From NCBI GenBank assembly GCA_035477115.1, contig DATIKW010000003.1, positions 118 through 64,117 on the forward strand: 64,000 nucleotides of DNA. Reading direction: 5' to 3'. Below are positions 43,397 to 52,652 of this stretch, in pieces; position 1 is the first letter of the stretch, and each line of letters starts with the position of its first letter. Origin of the DNA: Bacillota bacterium. GTDB lineage: Bacteria > Bacillota > Sulfobacillia > UBA995. The notes under the pieces are model-generated. The model worked only from the letters and a program-made list of their open reading frames with translations. It did no database searches and was not told the origin of the DNA. The position numbers and the translations under genes are program-made.

Positions 43397-45952
43397 TTAC
43401 CAGGTGGATGCCGGCGGCTTTTCCGGCGGCTTGTCGCCATCCTCCGGGCCCGGGGGTAGTCCTGGCTCCCCGGGGGGCCTGGCCGGGCTGGGCGCCGTAG
43501 TCCGAAGCTCGCTCTCCGACGGACCTGCCAGCTCCCTGCCGAAGCGCGCCATGCGCTCGGCCAGGTCGCGGAAGCCGGTTTCCACCTGCTGGCACACTGA
43601 TCCCGGCTCGAAAGTGCCGTCAGCGTCTTCTTCGCCGAAACGCACGCCGCTGAGGATCTCCATTGCCTGGCCTATGGTGTCCACCGCGTATACATGGAAC
43701 TGGCCTGCCCGCACCGCATCAACCAGTTCTTCCTTGAGCATCAGGTTGGCAACGTTGCGGGAGGGCATGATCACCCCCTGGTCACCTCGGAAGCCACGCG
43801 CCTTGCACACCTGGAAGAAGCCTTCGATCTTCTCATTCACGCCGCCGACCGGCTGGATCTCGCCCCGTTGGTTCACCGACCCGGTCATGGCCAGCCCCTG
43901 GCGCAAGGGTATCCGCCCGATTGCCGACAAGAGACAGCACAGCTCGGCTCCGGAGGCGGAATCGCCCTCGACTTCGTCGTAAAGCTGTTCGAAGCCCAGG
44001 GTAGCCGAGAGGGCCAGCGGCTGACGGCGGGCGAACTTGCCTAGCAAATAGCCGCCCAGGGTCAGCACTCCCTTGCTGTGGATCCGGCCTGACAGCCTGG
44101 ACTCGCGGTCTATGTTCACGATCCCGGCCCGGCCCAGCCCCGCCGTCGCCGTGATCCGCGATGGCTTGCCAAAGCGATGGTCGCCCAGATCCAGCACGGC
44201 AACCCCGTTGACCTGGCCGATCACTTCACCTTCGGTATCGACCAGGATCACCCCTCGGGCGATGAACTCCTGAACCCGCTCCTCCAATCGGTTGGAGCGG
44301 TCGATCTTCTCGCGCAAGGCCGCAACCACATGCCGCGCGCCCACGTTGACGGCGCCTTCCAGGGCTGCTACCGCGCTGGCCTCATAGATCAGTTCGGAGA
44401 TGTCATTGAACCGGGTCGAGAGCTTGCTCTGGTCCTCCGCGAGACGGTAACTGAACTCGATTACCCGGGCCACCGCTTCCCGATCGAAATGGAGGAGGTT
44501 GCCCTGGCGGCACACCGATCCCACAAAGGCAGCGTATTGCGCGATCCTCTCCGGGGAACTGGCGGTCTCCACATCGAAGTCCGCCTTGATCTTGAACAGC
44601 TTGCGGAAGTCCTCGTCGTAGTGCTGCAGCAACAGGTAGTGCATGGGGCTGCCGATCATCACCATTTTGACCTGCAACGGCATAGGTTCGGGTTTGAGGG
44701 TCGCCGTCGGCACCAGACGGAATTGTTGGCCGATATTCTCGATCCTCACTTCCCCCGTCTTGAGGGCTCGTTTCAGCGCAAGCCAGGCGGTGGGGTCGGT
44801 GAACATGTCGACGACCTGCAAGATCAAATAGCCGCCGTTGGCGCGGTGGAGCGAGCCCCCTTTGACCATGGTGAAGTCCGTGGTCATCATGCCGAACTCG
44901 CCCCGGTACTCCATGCTGCCGAACAGGTTGTAGTAGGTGGGATTGGTCTCGAAGACCACCGGTGCGCCTTCGGTTCCGCCGTTAGCCACGATGACGTTCA
45001 CGCGATATCGCGACAGGTCGGGAGTTCCGCCCACACGGGCGCCCAGCAGGTTGACCGCGGCCGGTTTGTCCTCCGTCTGCCGGAAGTCGCTCAGATTCTG
45101 GACCACGTCTTCCTGGACCTGGTCGAGATAGCGGAGTACGGCAGGGAACTCCCCGTAATCTTCGCGCAGTTCGTCCAGAAGCGGCTTGGCTGCGAACAGC
45201 GCCACCCCGTTATCGAGCTGGGCAAGCTGCTCGCGGGCGGCGCGCTCCACTCCCCGGACCCGCCGGATGCTGTCAGCCATGACTTCCTGAAGCTGCTGTC
45301 GCCGGGTATCGATCAGGCGCTTGGTCGCGTCGTCGAGGCCCTCATAGTCTTCCGGCGAGAGCATTTGCCCGTCCACCACCGGCGCCGTGGCGAAGCCGGT
45401 GCTCGTGCTCTTGAGGGCGAAACCGCGCTCGCCGGCCGCCCGCTCCAGTTCCGCGAAAGCTTGCTGCTGGCGCTCGTGTACCGCTTTGATGATCTCGTTG
45501 CGTTGCCGATCATAATCTTCACTGTCGAAGGCCCGGGGGATGGAGTCCTTCAAGTCGTTGACCAGTTGTTCCAAGTCGCGGGCGAAGACCGTCGCCCGTC
45601 CCGGCGGAAGGCGCAAGATGACGGGACGGTCGGCCTCCTCGAAATTGTGGACATAGCACCAGTCATCCGGCACAGACTGGCCGCGAGCCAGTTCCGCTAC
45701 CAGTTGTCGGGCGTAGGTGCTCTTCCCCGTGCCGGATGCCCCGGCCATGAAAATGTTGAAGCCGGGACTCGTGATCCGCAACCCGAACTCCATCGCCTCG
45801 ACGGCTCGTTCCTGCCCGATGCGCCCCTCAACCGGGGGGAGTTCCTCCGTGGTGCGGAAAGGGAACACCGATGGGTCCACGGTCAGCCGTAGAGTCTCCG
45901 GTCGGAGCGGGTTGGTTCCGGTCATCCACTCCACCTCCCGATAGAGGATCAC
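43397..45952 (-). CDS. Lon-like protease with N-terminal AAA domain and large helical insertion (LonC/AAA_32 + Lon_C type)
   Basis: 851 aa. Walker A MAGASGTGKST. The C-terminal Lon protease domain has EGDSASGAE (Ser) and GGVNEKIEGF (Lys). Proline-rich tail. The stop lies 1 nt from the convergent SEDS gene stop. Confidence 0.85.
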   Translation of the reverse strand: MILYREVEWMTGTNPLRPETLRLTVDPSVFPFRTTEELPPVEGRIGQERAVEAMEFGLRITSPGFNIFMAGASGTGKSTYARQLVAELARGQSVPDDWCYVHNFEEADRPVILRLPPGRATVFARDLEQLVNDLKDSIPRAFDSEDYDRQRNEIIKAVHERQQQAFAELERAAGERGFALKSTSTGFATAPVVDGQMLSPEDYEGLDDATKRLIDTRRQQLQEVMADSIRRVRGVERAAREQLAQLDNGVALFAAKPLLDELREDYGEFPAVLRYLDQVQEDVVQNLSDFRQTEDKPAAVNLLGARVGGTPDLSRYRVNVIVANGGTEGAPVVFETNPTYYNLFGSMEYRGEFGMMTTDFTMVKGGSLHRANGGYLILQVVDMFTDPTAWLALKRALKTGEVRIENIGQQFRLVPTATLKPEPMPLQVKMVMIGSPMHYLLLQHYDEDFRKLFKIKADFDVETASSPERIAQYAAFVGSVCRQGNLLHFDREAVARVIEFSYRLAEDQSKLSTRFNDISELIYEASAVAALEGAVNVGARHVVAALREKIDRSNRLEERVQEFIARGVILVDTEGEVIGQVNGVAVLDLGDHRFGKPSRITATAGLGRAGIVNIDRESRLSGRIHSKGVLTLGGYLLGKFARRQPLALSATLGFEQLYDEVEGDSASGAELCCLLSAIGRIPLRQGLAMTGSVNQRGEIQPVGGVNEKIEGFFQVCKARGFRGDQGVIMPSRNVANLMLKEELVDAVRAGQFHVYAVDTIGQAMEILSGVRFGEEDADGTFEPGSVCQQVETGFRDLAERMARFGRELAGPSESELRTTAPSPARPPGEPGLPPGPEDGDKPPEKPPASTW

Positions 45953-46091
45953 GTTCGACGCAGGTCGCGCTCACCCTTCCTGCCGCACGTTTCTCCCGAG
46001 GAACTGGAACACGCGCCGCCGTTGAGGTATAATATCGGCGGCGGAGTCGCCGCGTCCGGCTGACCGGCGACCGCCGATTTCCTTCAGGACC

Positions 46092-48011
46092 GTGGTGGGG
46101 AACATGCCCCTTGGCCGGAATCCCGTGCCCGACACCTTGGAGAGTCTGCTCCCCCGCGTCACCCGACCGGCCCGGTACACGGGGGGCGAGTGGAACGCCG
46201 TCCGCAAGGACCATCGGAGCGTAGATGTCTTGTTTGCCTTGGCCTTTCCCGAGGTATACGAGATTGGCATGTCTCACCTCGGCAGCATCATCCTGTACGA
46301 CCGGCTCAATCGGCGGGAGGACACCGCTTGCGAGAGGGTTTACGTCCCCTGGGTGGACATGGAGGCGGAACTGCGGCGGACCGGCCTCCCCCTGTTTGCC
46401 CTGGAGTCAAGGCGGCCGGTCGCCGAATTCGACATCCTGGGCATTTCCCTGCAGTACGAGATGAACTTCACCAATGTGCTCAACCTCCTCGATCTCGCGA
46501 GGCTCCCACTGACGGCGGCTGAGCGCGACGCGAGCCACCCGTTGGTGCTGGCGGGAGGGCCTTGCGCCTTCAATCCGGAGCCGCTCGCCCCGTTCCTCGA
46601 TGCCGTTGTCCTCGGCGAGGGGGAAGACGTCATCCACGAGGTGGTGGACGCTTGCCGGGATGACAAACGATGTGGGGCCCGGAGCCGGGGGGCCTTGCTC
46701 CGACGGCTTGCCGCCATCCCCGGGATATATGTCCCCTCCCTCTACCAGGCGACGTACCGGCCGGACGGGAAGCTGGCCACGTTCGGCCCGACGGTGCCGG
46801 GGGTACCCGAGCGGATCTCCCGCCGGTGGGTGGCCGATCTCGATCGAGCGCATCACCAATTGCGTCCGGTGGTCCCCTATCTGGAGATCGTCCATGACCG
46901 GGCCATGCTGGAGATCTTCCGCGGCTGCACGCGGGGATGTCGCTTCTGCCAGGCCGGCACCATCTACCGCCCGGTCAGGGAGCGATCGCCCGCCGGCGTG
47001 TGCGGATTGGCCCGATGGTTGATCGACGCCACGGGACATCAGGAGCTGTCCTTGGCGGCGCTCAGCGCCAGCGACTACTCGGCCGTCGAGGACACGGCGC
47101 GCAGGCTGGTGGACCAGGAAGGGGGCAGAGGGGTGGGTATCTCCCTGCCTTCACTACGTGCGGACGCTTTCTCGGTTGCGCTCGCCCACCAGGTGCAGCG
47201 GGTCCGCAAGACCGGCCTCACCTTCGCCCCGGAAGCCGGCACCCAGCGACTGCGCGATGTCATCAACAAAGGTGTGACCGAGCAGGACCTGCGCGAAGCG
47301 ATGGAGAGCGCCTTTCGGAACGGCTGGCATGCCCTCAAGCTGTACTTCATGATCGGCTTGCCCACGGAAGGGCAGGAGGATCTCGACGGCCTGGTCGAGC
47401 TGATTCGGGGTGTGGAAGGGGTTTACCGGGAGACCACCGGCGGCAAGGGGCGACAACTCAAGTTAGCGGTGAGCATCTCGCCGTTCGTGCCCAAGGCCCA
47501 CACTCCGTTCCAGTGGGAGCCGCAATGCTCCCTCGCGGAGTTGGAGGAGCGCCAGTCCTATCTGCGACGGCACACTCCGCGGCGGGTCAAGCTGAGCTGG
47601 CATGACCCCCGTGTGAGCCGAGTTGAGGCAGTATTCGCTCGCGGCGACCGCCGCCTGGCCCCGGTCATCCGCGAGGCCTGGGAGATGGGTGCGAGGTTCG
47701 ACGCCTGGTCGGAGCAGTTCGATTATCGGCGATGGCTGGAAGCCTTCGCCCGGAACGGCATCGAACCGGCCCATTACGCCGAGCGACGGCGGGATCAGGG
47801 CGAACTACTGCCCTGGGACCATCTTGACTGCGGTGTGGACAAGGAATTCCTGTGGCGGGAGCGGGAGCGGGCTTTTGCCGGCCTCCCGACCCCGGACTGC
47901 CGCTGGGCGTCATGTACCGCTTGCGGCGCCTGCCACCCGCCGGCGGCGGCGAACGGCGGGGCATGGCGGAGTACCGGGGGAGGCGAGGACCAGTCCAGCG
48001 GATCAGGGTGA
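46092..48011 (+). CDS. Radical SAM protein (B12-binding-like N-domain; TIGR03960-like family that precedes RNase G in Firmicutes)
   Basis: 639 aa. PRVTRPARYTGGEWN N-terminus and radical-SAM CTRGCRFCQAG. Confidence 0.85.
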   Translation: MVGNMPLGRNPVPDTLESLLPRVTRPARYTGGEWNAVRKDHRSVDVLFALAFPEVYEIGMSHLGSIILYDRLNRREDTACERVYVPWVDMEAELRRTGLPLFALESRRPVAEFDILGISLQYEMNFTNVLNLLDLARLPLTAAERDASHPLVLAGGPCAFNPEPLAPFLDAVVLGEGEDVIHEVVDACRDDKRCGARSRGALLRRLAAIPGIYVPSLYQATYRPDGKLATFGPTVPGVPERISRRWVADLDRAHHQLRPVVPYLEIVHDRAMLEIFRGCTRGCRFCQAGTIYRPVRERSPAGVCGLARWLIDATGHQELSLAALSASDYSAVEDTARRLVDQEGGRGVGISLPSLRADAFSVALAHQVQRVRKTGLTFAPEAGTQRLRDVINKGVTEQDLREAMESAFRNGWHALKLYFMIGLPTEGQEDLDGLVELIRGVEGVYRETTGGKGRQLKLAVSISPFVPKAHTPFQWEPQCSLAELEERQSYLRRHTPRRVKLSWHDPRVSRVEAVFARGDRRLAPVIREAWEMGARFDAWSEQFDYRRWLEAFARNGIEPAHYAERRRDQGELLPWDHLDCGVDKEFLWRERERAFAGLPTPDCRWASCTACGACHPPAAANGGAWRSTGGGEDQSSGSG

Positions 48012-48679
48012 AGATGGCCAAGTTGGGCGACGCTCGCTGGATCTCGCACCTCGATCTGACGAGGGCGATTGAGCGGGCCTTGCGGCGCGCGCACATCGAC
48101 GTCGCTCACAGTCAGGGATACAATCCCCTTCCCCGGCTGTCTTTCGCGTCCGCGCTCGCCCTTGGCGCAACCAGCCAGGCCGAGTACTTTGAGGTCGACC
48201 TCGCTCGACCCATGAGCCCAACCCAGTTTCAGTCCGCTCTAGAAGCGCAAATGCCGCCCGGACTGGAGATACGGGAAGTCTGCGAGGTACCACCAGCCGG
48301 CCGTCCCTTGGCTGCCGGGGTAAAGGCGGCCACCTATCGGGTCACGGTTCGTCTGCCCGAGACCGGCGATCGGTCCGCGCTTCGCGGGGCGGCCATTCGC
48401 TTCATGCAGTCTTCATCCCACCTCCTGTCCCGGCGACGGGAGGGGAAGACGCGCCTGGTAGACGCCAGACCGCTGGTGCAGAGGCTGGAAGTGACCGAGG
48501 GACATGATTTCCTGGAGCTGGAGATGGACATACTCCTGGACCCGCGGGGCACGGTCAAGCCGGAAGAGGTAGTCGCCGCACTGGCCGAGACGGCACCGAT
48601 TAGCCTGGCGCCGGGAGCCGTGCTAACTCATCGAATGGCATTGCACTGTACCATGACTTGGAAAGGTGGTGGCTCGTGA
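48008..48679 (+). CDS. Radical-SAM-associated protein (DUF2344 / TIGR03936-like)
   Basis: KLGDARWISHLDLTRAIERALRRAHIDVAHSQGYNPLPRLSFA. GTG 48008 overlaps the upstream TGA; ATG 48014 is an alternative. Confidence 0.8.
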   Translation: MKMAKLGDARWISHLDLTRAIERALRRAHIDVAHSQGYNPLPRLSFASALALGATSQAEYFEVDLARPMSPTQFQSALEAQMPPGLEIREVCEVPPAGRPLAAGVKAATYRVTVRLPETGDRSALRGAAIRFMQSSSHLLSRRREGKTRLVDARPLVQRLEVTEGHDFLELEMDILLDPRGTVKPEEVVAALAETAPISLAPGAVLTHRMALHCTMTWKGGGS

Positions 48680-50364
48680 GCAAGGAGATCATCGTGAGCG
48701 TAGAACCCTGGGAGACCAGGGTTGCCCTTCTCGAGGAAGGGCAGCTCGTCGAGATCCATCACGAACGACCGGCAAGCGAACGCATAGTGGGTAATATCTA
48801 CCGGGGCAAGGTTGAGAACGTCTTGCCGGGGATGCAGGCGGCTTTCGTCAACATCGGCCTCGAACGGAACGCTTTCTTGTACGTGGCCGATATCAGTCCC
48901 AGGGATGAGGATGGGGAAGAGATAGCCGTTGCCGGCCGGGCTTCGATCCGGGAACTGCTCCGGGTCGGCCAGGACGTGATGGTGCAGGTGACCAAGGAAG
49001 CCATCGGGGGTAAGGGTGCGCGGGTAACGACCCACATCACCCTTCCCGGGCGCTACCTGGTATTCATGCCCGGTGTTGACTATGTCGGGGTGTCCCGCCG
49101 GATCGAGGACGAGTCGGAGCGGGACCGGCTGCGCAAGTTGGCCGGCGAGCTGCGCCCGTCAGGCACGGGCGTTATCGTCCGGACCGTGGCCGAAGGTCGC
49201 GACGAATCCGATCTTGCCGCCGACCTCCAGTTCTTGAACCGTCTGTGGGAGAAGGTCCGGGCGCGATACCGCGAAGGACCCGGCCCGCGTCTCTTGCACA
49301 AGGACCTCGGCCTGATCTTGCGGGTGATCCGCGATGCCTTCGGCCCGGATACAAACCGCCTGCTCATCGACTCCCGGGCGGAGTATCATCGCGTCCTGGA
49401 ACTATTGGACGACATCTCGCCCGAACTCAAGGACCGGGTGCATTGCGTGGACGGCCGGGAAGAGAGCCTGTTCGATCGCTGTGGGTTGGAGGAGGAGGTC
49501 GAGCGGGCCCTCCGAAGGCGAGTATGGTTGCGGAGCGGCGGTTATCTCGTGATCGACCACGCAGAGGCCCTGACCATCATCGACGTCAATACGGGCAAGT
49601 TCGTTGGCACGACCAACCTGGCGGACACCGTATTACGCACTAACCTGGAGGCGGCGCGGGAGATCGCCCGGCAGATACGCCTTAGAGATATCGGTGGGAT
49701 CATCGTCGTCGACTTCATTGACATGAATGCCGAACGCGATCGCCAGAAAGTCCTGCAAGCCTTCGGCGAGTCCTTGAAGAAGGACCGCACCCGCAGCACC
49801 GTCCTCGGCATCACCGAACTCGGCATGGTGGAGATGACCCGCAAGAAGGCCGGCGTACCTTTGGACGAGGGGATGCAGAAGCCATGCCCCTATTGCGAGG
49901 GACGGGGGAAAGTGCTGTCGGAGGAATCGGCGGCCGCACGCTTTCGCCGTGAAATCAAGGCGATCCTCCGGCGCAGTGAAGCCCAAGCCTTGCTGGTCGA
50001 GGTCAACCCGGCGGTGGCCGCGATGCTCATCGGGCCTGGCGGAGCAAACCTACAAGCCCTGGAGCGGGAAACTGGGCGGACCATCTTCGTACGCGGTGCG
50101 GACGACTGTCACCTGGAAGCCATGCGGCTGATCCGCCATGGTACCCAGGAGGAAGTAGAGGCGAGAGCCATGCCGGTCAGGCCAGGACAAGTCATCGAGT
50201 TGACCGTTGAGGAGCCCCATGCCAACAACGCGGGTGATGGCATCGGACGCGTTGAAGGGTACGTCGTCGACGTGGAGGGGGGCGGCAAGCTGGTGGGCCG
50301 GAGGATAAAGGTGGAAATAACTCGGACCCACCGGACTTTCGCCAGGGCAAAGGTTGTGGGGTGA
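48676..50364 (+). CDS. rng: Ribonuclease E/G family endoribonuclease with C-terminal TRAM-like domain
   Basis: S1 domain GNIYRGKVENVLPGMQAAFVNIG and catalytic core ITIIDVNTGKFVG. The C-terminal approx 65 aa (GQVIELTVEE...GDGIGRVEGYVVDVEGGGKLVGRRIKVEITRTHRTFARAKVV) is TRAM-like. GTG 48676 overlaps the upstream stop. Confidence 0.9.
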   Translation: MSKEIIVSVEPWETRVALLEEGQLVEIHHERPASERIVGNIYRGKVENVLPGMQAAFVNIGLERNAFLYVADISPRDEDGEEIAVAGRASIRELLRVGQDVMVQVTKEAIGGKGARVTTHITLPGRYLVFMPGVDYVGVSRRIEDESERDRLRKLAGELRPSGTGVIVRTVAEGRDESDLAADLQFLNRLWEKVRARYREGPGPRLLHKDLGLILRVIRDAFGPDTNRLLIDSRAEYHRVLELLDDISPELKDRVHCVDGREESLFDRCGLEEEVERALRRRVWLRSGGYLVIDHAEALTIIDVNTGKFVGTTNLADTVLRTNLEAAREIARQIRLRDIGGIIVVDFIDMNAERDRQKVLQAFGESLKKDRTRSTVLGITELGMVEMTRKKAGVPLDEGMQKPCPYCEGRGKVLSEESAAARFRREIKAILRRSEAQALLVEVNPAVAAMLIGPGGANLQALERETGRTIFVRGADDCHLEAMRLIRHGTQEEVEARAMPVRPGQVIELTVEEPHANNAGDGIGRVEGYVVDVEGGGKLVGRRIKVEITRTHRTFARAKVVG

Positions 50365-50383
50365 AGCCGGCGAGACGGCGTCG

Positions 50384-50413
50384 TTGACAGCTATTCAGCG
50401 CTTGTGCTAGAAT
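50384..50413 (+). promoter_or_regulatory. SigA-type promoter plus approx 50-nt leader of rplU-rpmA
   Basis: TTGACA (50384-89)-N18-TGcTAGAAT (50405-13). TGACAGCT/AGCTGTCA inverted repeat flanks the -10. Confidence 0.55.
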
Positions 50414-50464
50414 AAAAAGCTGTCAGGGGCAGGATGCGCGAGCATTGGCGGGGGTCGGATACCA

Positions 50465-50779
50465 GTGACGTATGCGATCGTGGAGACCGGGGGCAAGCAA
50501 TATCGGGTGAGTCCGGGACAGCGAGTCCGCGTCGAGAAACTGAACGCGGAAGTCGGATCCCAGATCCGACTCGATCGAGTTCTGGTCCTGAACGATGACG
50601 GCGGACTGAAGATGGGGACGCCGGTATTGGCCGGGGCGCATGCCATGGCACGAGTGGTGAATCAAGCCCGGGACCGGAAGATCATCGTGTTCAAGTACAA
50701 ATCCAAGACTAACTACCGGGTGAAACGCGGCCACCGCCAGCCCTACACTGAGTTGCTGATCGAAGCGATTCACGCCTAA
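50465..50779 (+). CDS. rplU: 50S ribosomal protein L21
   Basis: (M)[14 protein letters not shown]... Confidence 0.95.
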   Translation: MTYAIVETGGKQYRVSPGQRVRVEKLNAEVGSQIRLDRVLVLNDDGGLKMGTPVLAGAHAMARVVNQARDRKIIVFKYKSKTNYRVKRGHRQPYTELLIEAIHA

Positions 50780-50802
50780 CTCGTCGCCGCGGAGGTGCAC
50801 AC

Positions 50803-51063
50803 TTGGCACACAAGAAGGGTGTCGGGAGTTCGCGAAACGGGAGGGACAGCCAGCCGAAGCGGCTTGGCGTCAAGAGTCACGACGGCCAGTTGGTGTCCGC
50901 CGGTTCCATCATCGTGAGGCAGCGGGGGACGCCCGTTCGCCCCGGCCGCAATGTGGGCATGGGCAGCGACCACACTCTGTTTGCGCTGATCGATGGCGTC
51001 ATCTGTTTTGACCGCACCCGCTCGGATCGCCGCCGGGTCAGCGTAACGCCCGTCGAGTCCTGA
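50803..51063 (+). CDS. rpmA: 50S ribosomal protein L27 (no N-terminal pro-peptide)
   Basis: TTG start after GGAGGTG, then (M)[23 protein letters not shown]... Confidence 0.95.
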   Translation: MAHKKGVGSSRNGRDSQPKRLGVKSHDGQLVSAGSIIVRQRGTPVRPGRNVGMGSDHTLFALIDGVICFDRTRSDRRRVSVTPVES

Positions 51064-51079
51064 AGCATTTCGAGAGACG

Positions 51080-51112
51080 AGACCTCGCGCTATGGCGGCG
51101 CGAGGTCTTTTG
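51080..51112 (+). terminator. Rho-independent terminator after rpmA
   Basis: AGACCTCGCGC-tatggcg-GCGCGAGGTCT followed by TTTT. Confidence 0.75.
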
Positions 51113-51142
51113 CCTGTTATACCGGGTTGAGGAGGACCGTGC

Positions 51143-51610
51143 ATGCGTGGCGGCGTTCAGGCTGAAACACTGGCAACGTTGAGTGCCTGGCGCCATGAAC
51201 TGGCGAATGAACTTCAGGTCATATCCGGCTACCTGCAACTTGGACAGCCCACGGTCGCGCTCGAAAGAGCGCTCGAAGTCGGTGCCCGCCTTCGCCGCCT
51301 GGACAGGCTGTTCACCTTGAAAGCCCCAGGTTTCGCTCTGGCCCTCTTGACGGAGAGGAGCCGAGCCCAAGTGAGCGGCGTGGTCCTCGAGTTAGAGATC
51401 GACTCGGATCTCGCCGGGGTGCCCCCGGAAGACGAACCGGCCCTGGCCGCGGCGATCGCCGACCTCTTGCGGGCAGCAGTGACTCACGTCTCCGGGTCCG
51501 ATAACCCTGCCCTCAGTCTACTGGTAGCCGAGGATTCCGCCGCATATCACTTCCGCCTGTCGGGCGCGAAAACGGACTCCGGGGTCGTCTGGCCGCGGGT
51601 CATGCCATGA
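51143..51610 (+). CDS. Spo0B-like phosphotransferase (SpoOB-type alpha-helical His domain)
   Basis: 155 aa. SAWRHELANELQVISGYLQLGQ resembles B. subtilis Spo0B HSRHDWMNKLQLIKGNLSL. The position between rpmA and obg and the 4-nt overlap with obg mirror the spo0B-obg operon. Confidence 0.6.
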   Translation: MRGGVQAETLATLSAWRHELANELQVISGYLQLGQPTVALERALEVGARLRRLDRLFTLKAPGFALALLTERSRAQVSGVVLELEIDSDLAGVPPEDEPALAAAIADLLRAAVTHVSGSDNPALSLLVAEDSAAYHFRLSGAKTDSGVVWPRVMP

Positions 51611-52629
51611 GCAACTCCTTCGTGGATACTGCAGTCATCCAGGTGCAGGCCGGCGATGGCGGCGACGGCCTCGTGACTTTCCGGCGCGAGAAGCACGTCC
51701 CTCGCGGCGGTCCGAGCGGAGGTGACGGCGGGGACGGCGGTGACCTCACGGTTGCGGCCACGCCCGGCCTCACCACCCTGCTTGACTACCGGCACCGCCG
51801 TCACCTTGCCGCCGGCCGCGGCGGACATGGCGGGCCCAACTGCAAGCACGGTCCGGCGGGTGAGGACAAGATGCTCCTCGTTCCCCTGGGGACGCAGGTC
51901 TTCGATGCCGATACCGGCGAGTTGCTGGCCGATCTCATCCGACCCGACCAGCAGGTGGTGGTCGCCAGGGGAGGTCGCGGTGGCCGGGGCAACGCCCGTT
52001 TCGCGACCCCCACCCTGCGGACCCCGCGCCACGCTGAGCCAGGCGGCAAGGGTGAACAGCGAACACTGCGGCTCGAATTGAGCCTGCTGGCCGACGTGGG
52101 ACTGATCGGCATGCCGAACGCCGGGAAGAGCAGTCTCCTCAGCCGCGTCTCGGCCGCTCGCCCCCGCATTGGCCCCTATCCTTTCACGACCCGACAACCG
52201 GTGCTTGGCGTCGTGTCGTTCGGGCCGGGGGAGAACCTGGTCCTGGCCGATATTCCCGGCCTGATCGAGGGGGCGCATGAGGGAGCGGGGCTTGGTCACC
52301 AATTCCTCCGGCACGTCAGTCGAACGCGATTTCTAGTTCATGTCGTGGACCTGTCGGGGCAATCGGGATTGGAACCTTTCGCCGCCTACGAGGTTGTCCG
52401 CCGGGAGATAGCCGAATTCGACGAACGCTTGATCAGTCTCCCCGAACTTGTGGCGGCTAATAAGGTCGACCTTGCGGAGGCCCGCGCTGAACTGCCCTCC
52501 TTTCGACGGGAACTGGCCTCGCGGGGGATCGAGGACATCTACCCGTTGTCCGCCGCTACCGGTGAGGGAGTGAAAGAGCTGTTAGATGCCTTGAGGCGGC
52601 GACTCGCCCCTGACGGCATGCGGCGTTGA
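51607..52629 (+). CDS. obg: GTPase Obg/CgtA (no C-terminal OCT/TGS extension)
   Basis: FVDTAVIQVQAGDGGDGLVTFRREKHVPRGGPSGGDGGDGG, and G1 GMPNAGKSSL. The protein ends shortly after the G domain (340 aa). Confidence 0.95.
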   Translation: MSNSFVDTAVIQVQAGDGGDGLVTFRREKHVPRGGPSGGDGGDGGDLTVAATPGLTTLLDYRHRRHLAAGRGGHGGPNCKHGPAGEDKMLLVPLGTQVFDADTGELLADLIRPDQQVVVARGGRGGRGNARFATPTLRTPRHAEPGGKGEQRTLRLELSLLADVGLIGMPNAGKSSLLSRVSAARPRIGPYPFTTRQPVLGVVSFGPGENLVLADIPGLIEGAHEGAGLGHQFLRHVSRTRFLVHVVDLSGQSGLEPFAAYEVVRREIAEFDERLISLPELVAANKVDLAEARAELPSFRRELASRGIEDIYPLSAATGEGVKELLDALRRRLAPDGMRR

Positions 52630-52652
52630 CGGCTGCGAGGAGGAGTTGAGCC

